DNA of 64,000 bases from an uncultured Solirubrobacteraceae bacterium. Lineage in GTDB: Bacteria > Actinomycetota > Thermoleophilia > Solirubrobacterales > Solirubrobacteraceae. Below are positions 60,091 to 64,000 of the stretch, one piece after another. The first letter of the stretch is position 1; the number at the start of each line of letters is the position of its first letter. The stretch is from NCBI GenBank assembly GCA_963815235.1, contig CAWFFY010000003.1, positions 1,161,478-1,225,477 on the forward strand, in the 5' to 3' direction. Both the position numbers and the translations under genes were made by a program. Below the pieces are notes generated by a model, which saw only the letters and a program-made list of their open reading frames with translations, did no database searches and was not told the origin of the DNA.

Positions 60091-63069
60091 ATGAGCGTCG
60101 AGACGACCGCGACTCCCGGCGTGACGAACACGCCTCCGGTCGAGGACCGGTCCAAGTCCGGCACGGCGTCGCGGTGGCTGCTGGTCGTGTGCTGCGTGGC
60201 GCAGTTCATGGTCATCCTCGACCTGAGCATCGTCAACGTCGCGCTGCCCTCGATCCAGTCGAGCCTCGGCTTCTCCTCGCCCGAACTGCAGTGGATCGTC
60301 GACGCCTACGCGATCACCTTCGCGGGCTTCCTGATGCTGGGCGGTCGCGTCGCCGACCACCTCGGCCAGCGCCGCACGTTTGTCGCGGCGCTGGTCTTGT
60401 TCGGCGTTGCCTCGCTCGTGGGCGGCGCCGCTCAGAGCCGCGAGATGCTGATCGGCGCGCGCGCGGTGCAGGGCCTCGGCGGCGCCTTCATGGCGGCCTG
60501 CTCGCTGGCGATCATCACGTCGTCGTTCGCCCCCGGCCCGAAGCTGCACCGCGCGATCGGGACGTGGGCGGCGATGAACGGGCTCGGCGGCGCGGCCGGC
60601 GTGCTGTTCGGGGGGATCATCACGCAGGAGCTCACGTGGCGCTGGGTCCTGTTGATCAACCCGCCGATCGCGATCGCGACCGCGGTCGTGGCTTACGCCG
60701 TCGTCAGCGAGCGTCGGCGGATCAAGGACGGCGCGAGCTTTGACCTGGCCGGCGCTGTGACCTTGACGATCGGGCAGATGGTGCTGGTGTTCGGCGTGGT
60801 GGAAGCTGGCCTGAAGGGCTGGGACACGCTCGCCGCGCTGGGGCCGATCATCGCCGGCGTGGCGCTGCTCGCGGTGTTCGGTGTGATCGAGGCGCGTCTT
60901 GCGTCCAACCCGCTGATCCCGTTCAAGGAGCTGACCAAGCCGCTGCGGGTCGCCAACAACATCGTGTTGCTGTTCAGCGCGTCGCTGTTCCCGATGTGGT
61001 TCGTGAGCTCTCTGTACCTGCAGCAGGTGCTGGGCCTGTCGCCGCTGCACACGGGGCTGATCTTCCTGCCGATGACGTTGATGATCATGGCGGTCGCCTC
61101 GCGCGCGGGCAAGCTGGTGAGCCACTTCGGTGTCCGCCCGGTGCTCGGCGGTGGCCTGGTCATGTTGACGGCCGGCATGCTGCTGCTCGCGAAAATCGGT
61201 TCCAGCGGCAGCCCGATCGTGTACATCCTGATCCCGGGCCTGCTCACCGCGGCGGGAATCGCGATGTCGATCGTGCCCTCGACGATCGCCGCCACCCAGG
61301 GCGCCAAGGAGGGGCAGGCAGGGCTCGCATCGGGCCTCGTCAACACCTCTCGACAGATCGGCGGTGGGCTCGGGCTGGCGGTTCTGGTGACGCTCGCAAC
61401 CCAGCGCTCGAGCCACCTGATCGGCACCGGTCAGCAGGTGCCCGAGGCCCTCACCGACGGCTTCCGGCTCGCGTTCCTGATCGGCGCCGGACTGGCGGCG
61501 GCGGCGTGCCTGATGACGTTCACGTTGATGCCCAAGCCCGCGAGCGAGCTCGCGCCGGCGGCGCGACGCTTCGGCGTGGCGATCGGAGCCGTGCTCGCGG
61601 CCTTCGTCGTGGTGACGGTCGCCCTGGCGGGGTCTCACGGGCCGGCGATCGGCGCGTACAGCACCCGCGACACCTACAGCTACGTGACCGAGCCGACGCT
61701 GCACCCGCCCAAGATCCGCGTCGACAAGCAGACGCCGGCGGGCGGGCTCGCCCCCGGCTACATCCTCACGGCCAACTTCTTCGATCTCAACGAACCGCCG
61801 ATCATCGGCCAGAGCGGGCCGCTGATCCTCGACAACAAGCTGCAGCCCGTCTGGTTCCAGCCGGTGCCCGAACGCGTCGCCGCCGCCAACCTCAGCCTCC
61901 AGAGCTATGAAGGTAAGCCTGCTTTGGCCTGGTGGCAGGGAGTCGTCACGAACACCGGTGCGACGGAGAGCGGCGAAGACGTGGTCGTCAACCAGCATTA
62001 CCAGCCGGTGGCACGCCTGAAAGGCGCCGACGGCTGGGTCCTGACCCTGCACGCGCTGGCGATCGACGGCGATGACGCGTGGGTGACCGCGAACAAGAAC
62101 ATTCCCTTGGACCTGTCGCGCTACGGCGGCGCCTACAACGGCGCGCTGATCGACTCGGCTGTGCAGGAGTACAACATCAAGACCGGCAAGCTGCTTCGCA
62201 CCTGGGACGCGCTCGAACACATCCCGCTGGGGGACTCCTACGCGACGCTTCCGACCAACGGCTTCCCGTGGGACGCCTACCACGTCAACGCGCTCGAACT
62301 GATCGGCAACGGCTCATTCCTCGTCTCGATGCGCAACACGTGGGGCGCCTACGCGGTCAACATCGACACCGGCAAGATCGAGTGGACGCTCGGCGGCAAG
62401 CACTCGAGCTACAGGTTCGGCCCCGGCGCGGCCTTTCAGTGGCAGCACGACGTCGCGCTCGGACCGAACTCGACGGTCACGATGTTCGACGACCACTGCT
62501 GCCAGTTGACCGGCGGTGGCACCTCGGTCAAAGCGACGGGACCCTCACGCGGGCTCGTGCTGAAGCTCGACCAGAGCACGCGTACCGCGACCCTGGTGGC
62601 CCAGTTCGGCGCGAGGGGCGGCTTCGAATCGGAATACATGGGCGACACCGAGCCGCTGCTTGGCGGCAAGGCGTTCATCGGATGGGGATCGGAACCGTAC
62701 TTCTCGGAGTACAGCGCCTCCGGCCAGCTGCTGCTGGAAGGGGAGTTCCCGGGCCCCGACCTCAGCTATCGGGCGACGCTCAAGCCGTGGGTCGGCCTGC
62801 CGCTGACGCCGCCGGTGGCGGTGGCCCGTGCCGGCAGCCGCGGGACCACGGTGTACGCGAGCTGGAACGGCGCCACGCAGGTCGTCTCCTGGCGGGTCCT
62901 GGGCGGAGCTGGCGCGAGCCATATGGCCGTCGTCGCAACCGCCGCCAAGGCCGGTTTTGAGACGGCGATCGCGGTGCCGCAGAGCTACGCGAGCTTCGAG
63001 GTCCAGGCGTTGGACGCCGCCGGCAGGGTGATCGGAACTTCGCGGTCGCTGTCGGGTTCGACTCGATGA
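60091..63069 (+). CDS. DHA2 (EmrB/QacA) MFS transporter fused to an arylsulfotransferase domain
   Basis: AGGAG RBS; DLSIVNVALP, GGRVADHLGQRR, WRWVLLINPP, ASGLVNTSRQIGG; then AYHVNAL, VSMRNT, WQHDV, SYRA. Confidence 0.9.
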   Translation: MSVETTATPGVTNTPPVEDRSKSGTASRWLLVVCCVAQFMVILDLSIVNVALPSIQSSLGFSSPELQWIVDAYAITFAGFLMLGGRVADHLGQRRTFVAALVLFGVASLVGGAAQSREMLIGARAVQGLGGAFMAACSLAIITSSFAPGPKLHRAIGTWAAMNGLGGAAGVLFGGIITQELTWRWVLLINPPIAIATAVVAYAVVSERRRIKDGASFDLAGAVTLTIGQMVLVFGVVEAGLKGWDTLAALGPIIAGVALLAVFGVIEARLASNPLIPFKELTKPLRVANNIVLLFSASLFPMWFVSSLYLQQVLGLSPLHTGLIFLPMTLMIMAVASRAGKLVSHFGVRPVLGGGLVMLTAGMLLLAKIGSSGSPIVYILIPGLLTAAGIAMSIVPSTIAATQGAKEGQAGLASGLVNTSRQIGGGLGLAVLVTLATQRSSHLIGTGQQVPEALTDGFRLAFLIGAGLAAAACLMTFTLMPKPASELAPAARRFGVAIGAVLAAFVVVTVALAGSHGPAIGAYSTRDTYSYVTEPTLHPPKIRVDKQTPAGGLAPGYILTANFFDLNEPPIIGQSGPLILDNKLQPVWFQPVPERVAAANLSLQSYEGKPALAWWQGVVTNTGATESGEDVVVNQHYQPVARLKGADGWVLTLHALAIDGDDAWVTANKNIPLDLSRYGGAYNGALIDSAVQEYNIKTGKLLRTWDALEHIPLGDSYATLPTNGFPWDAYHVNALELIGNGSFLVSMRNTWGAYAVNIDTGKIEWTLGGKHSSYRFGPGAAFQWQHDVALGPNSTVTMFDDHCCQLTGGGTSVKATGPSRGLVLKLDQSTRTATLVAQFGARGGFESEYMGDTEPLLGGKAFIGWGSEPYFSEYSASGQLLLEGEFPGPDLSYRATLKPWVGLPLTPPVAVARAGSRGTTVYASWNGATQVVSWRVLGGAGASHMAVVATAAKAGFETAIAVPQSYASFEVQALDAAGRVIGTSRSLSGSTR

Positions 63070-64000
63070 TGATCCGCGTGACCGCGCCGCTTGTGGCACT
63101 GGCGATGGGCGTCGGGCTGTGCGCGTGCGGGACCGCGTCGCCGGCCGCGTCCTCCGCTTTCGAAGACACGTCGGCAAACAGCGCCGCGGCGAGCCCCGTG
63201 GCTGTCTCGCCACAGCCGGGCACGCCCGACGCGTCCCCGACCACCCAGATCAGCTTCCTCGGCCCGCAGGGCACGCACGTCGCCGAAGTGCACGTCGTGG
63301 GCTCGCACAGCGGCGCCCACGCCGGTGTGCTGCGTGCCTACTCGACCGGGACCGGCGAAAGCTTCCTGCCGGCCCGTCAGTTCAGCTCGGGCGAGCGTGT
63401 GAAGGTCAGTGCGCGAGTGAGCGCCGGGTCGGCGAGCTACACGGTCGCCACCAGCTTCACGGTCGCGCATCAGGCGAGCGTGAGCCAGAAAGAGTTCCCG
63501 CTGAACCCGGGCAACTCCAGCGAAGTCCAGCACTACAGCTCGGCGCCGGCGCTGACGCCGTCCTCGCTGCACATCACGACTCCTGCTCAGGGCGGCGCTG
63601 CCCCGGGAGATCTGCTGCTCGCGCCCTACCAGGGCGAGGGAACGCCAGGCCCGATGATCGCCGAACAGAACGGGAACCTCGTGTGGTTCCATCCGCTGCC
63701 CGCCGGCGAGCAGGCGACCAGCCTCAAACTCCAGCAGTACGAGGGCAAGAACGTCCTCACCTGGTGGCAGGGACGGATCCTCGAAGTCGGCTTCGGCCAG
63801 GGCGAAGACGTGATCTACAACACGGCCTACCAGAAGGTCGCAGGCGTCAGGGCGGGCAACGGCTACGACGCCGACCTACACGAATTCCGCCTGACCCCCG
63901 AAGGCACCGCCTGGATCGACGCGTTCGATCCGATCGACATGAACCTTGCCCCATACGGGGGCAGGGCGTCGGGCATCATCAACGACTCGATCGTGGAGGA
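63066..64000 (+). CDS. Third ASST-family protein, probable lipoprotein, 3' end outside window
   Basis: ATGA overlap with the fusion gene; lipobox-like LCAC; VAVSPQPGTPDASPTTQISFLG, LTWWQG and DLHEF paralogous to 57927. Confidence 0.85.
   Translation, partial: MMIRVTAPLVALAMGVGLCACGTASPAASSAFEDTSANSAAASPVAVSPQPGTPDASPTTQISFLGPQGTHVAEVHVVGSHSGAHAGVLRAYSTGTGESFLPARQFSSGERVKVSARVSAGSASYTVATSFTVAHQASVSQKEFPLNPGNSSEVQHYSSAPALTPSSLHITTPAQGGAAPGDLLLAPYQGEGTPGPMIAEQNGNLVWFHPLPAGEQATSLKLQQYEGKNVLTWWQGRILEVGFGQGEDVIYNTAYQKVAGVRAGNGYDADLHEFRLTPEGTAWIDAFDPIDMNLAPYGGRASGIINDSIVE

Noticed and set aside
60043-62283. 746-aa minus-strand ORF
   Set aside because: Antisense shadow of the MFS-ASST gene; Arg/His/Gln-rich with no recognisable domain

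Overview
High-GC actinobacterial chromosome segment. Gene style and leaderless TANNNT promoters suggest Thermoleophilia/Solirubrobacterales, which is an inference. 1-9.5 kb is a cell-surface glycan locus (membrane GT-C-like genes, glycosyltransferase, wzm/wzt ABC exporter, GH-A glycosidase, Sfp-type PPTase, rfbC). 9.5-31.9 kb is mostly housekeeping (ctaA, HU, ctaG, class II RNR nrdJ carrying a LAGLIDADG intein, tmk, holB, PHP, NERD, recQ, tRNA-Thr). An accessory block between tmk and holB holds a direct-repeat-flanked hicAB cassette with an internally deleted toxin, an HxlR/SnoaL-crotonase pair and yfhO. Most genes from about 3.4 to 19.5 kb carry multiple indels, including essential tmk, most likely sequencing errors. 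After the tRNA lies an accessory mosaic: DesT-like regulator/desaturase unit, convergent lemA/htpX, large secreted CocE-like and Ig-RCC1-IPT proteins, ECF sigma-DUF4349, a SMARCAL1-like helicase and gene fragments. The best candidate novel system is at 57-64 kb: three arylsulfotransferase (ASST) genes, one fused in frame to a DHA2 MFS transporter through an extra TM helix, plus a 58-aa lipoprotein gene missed by the ORF track. No CRISPR, rRNA, integrase or transposase was seen.
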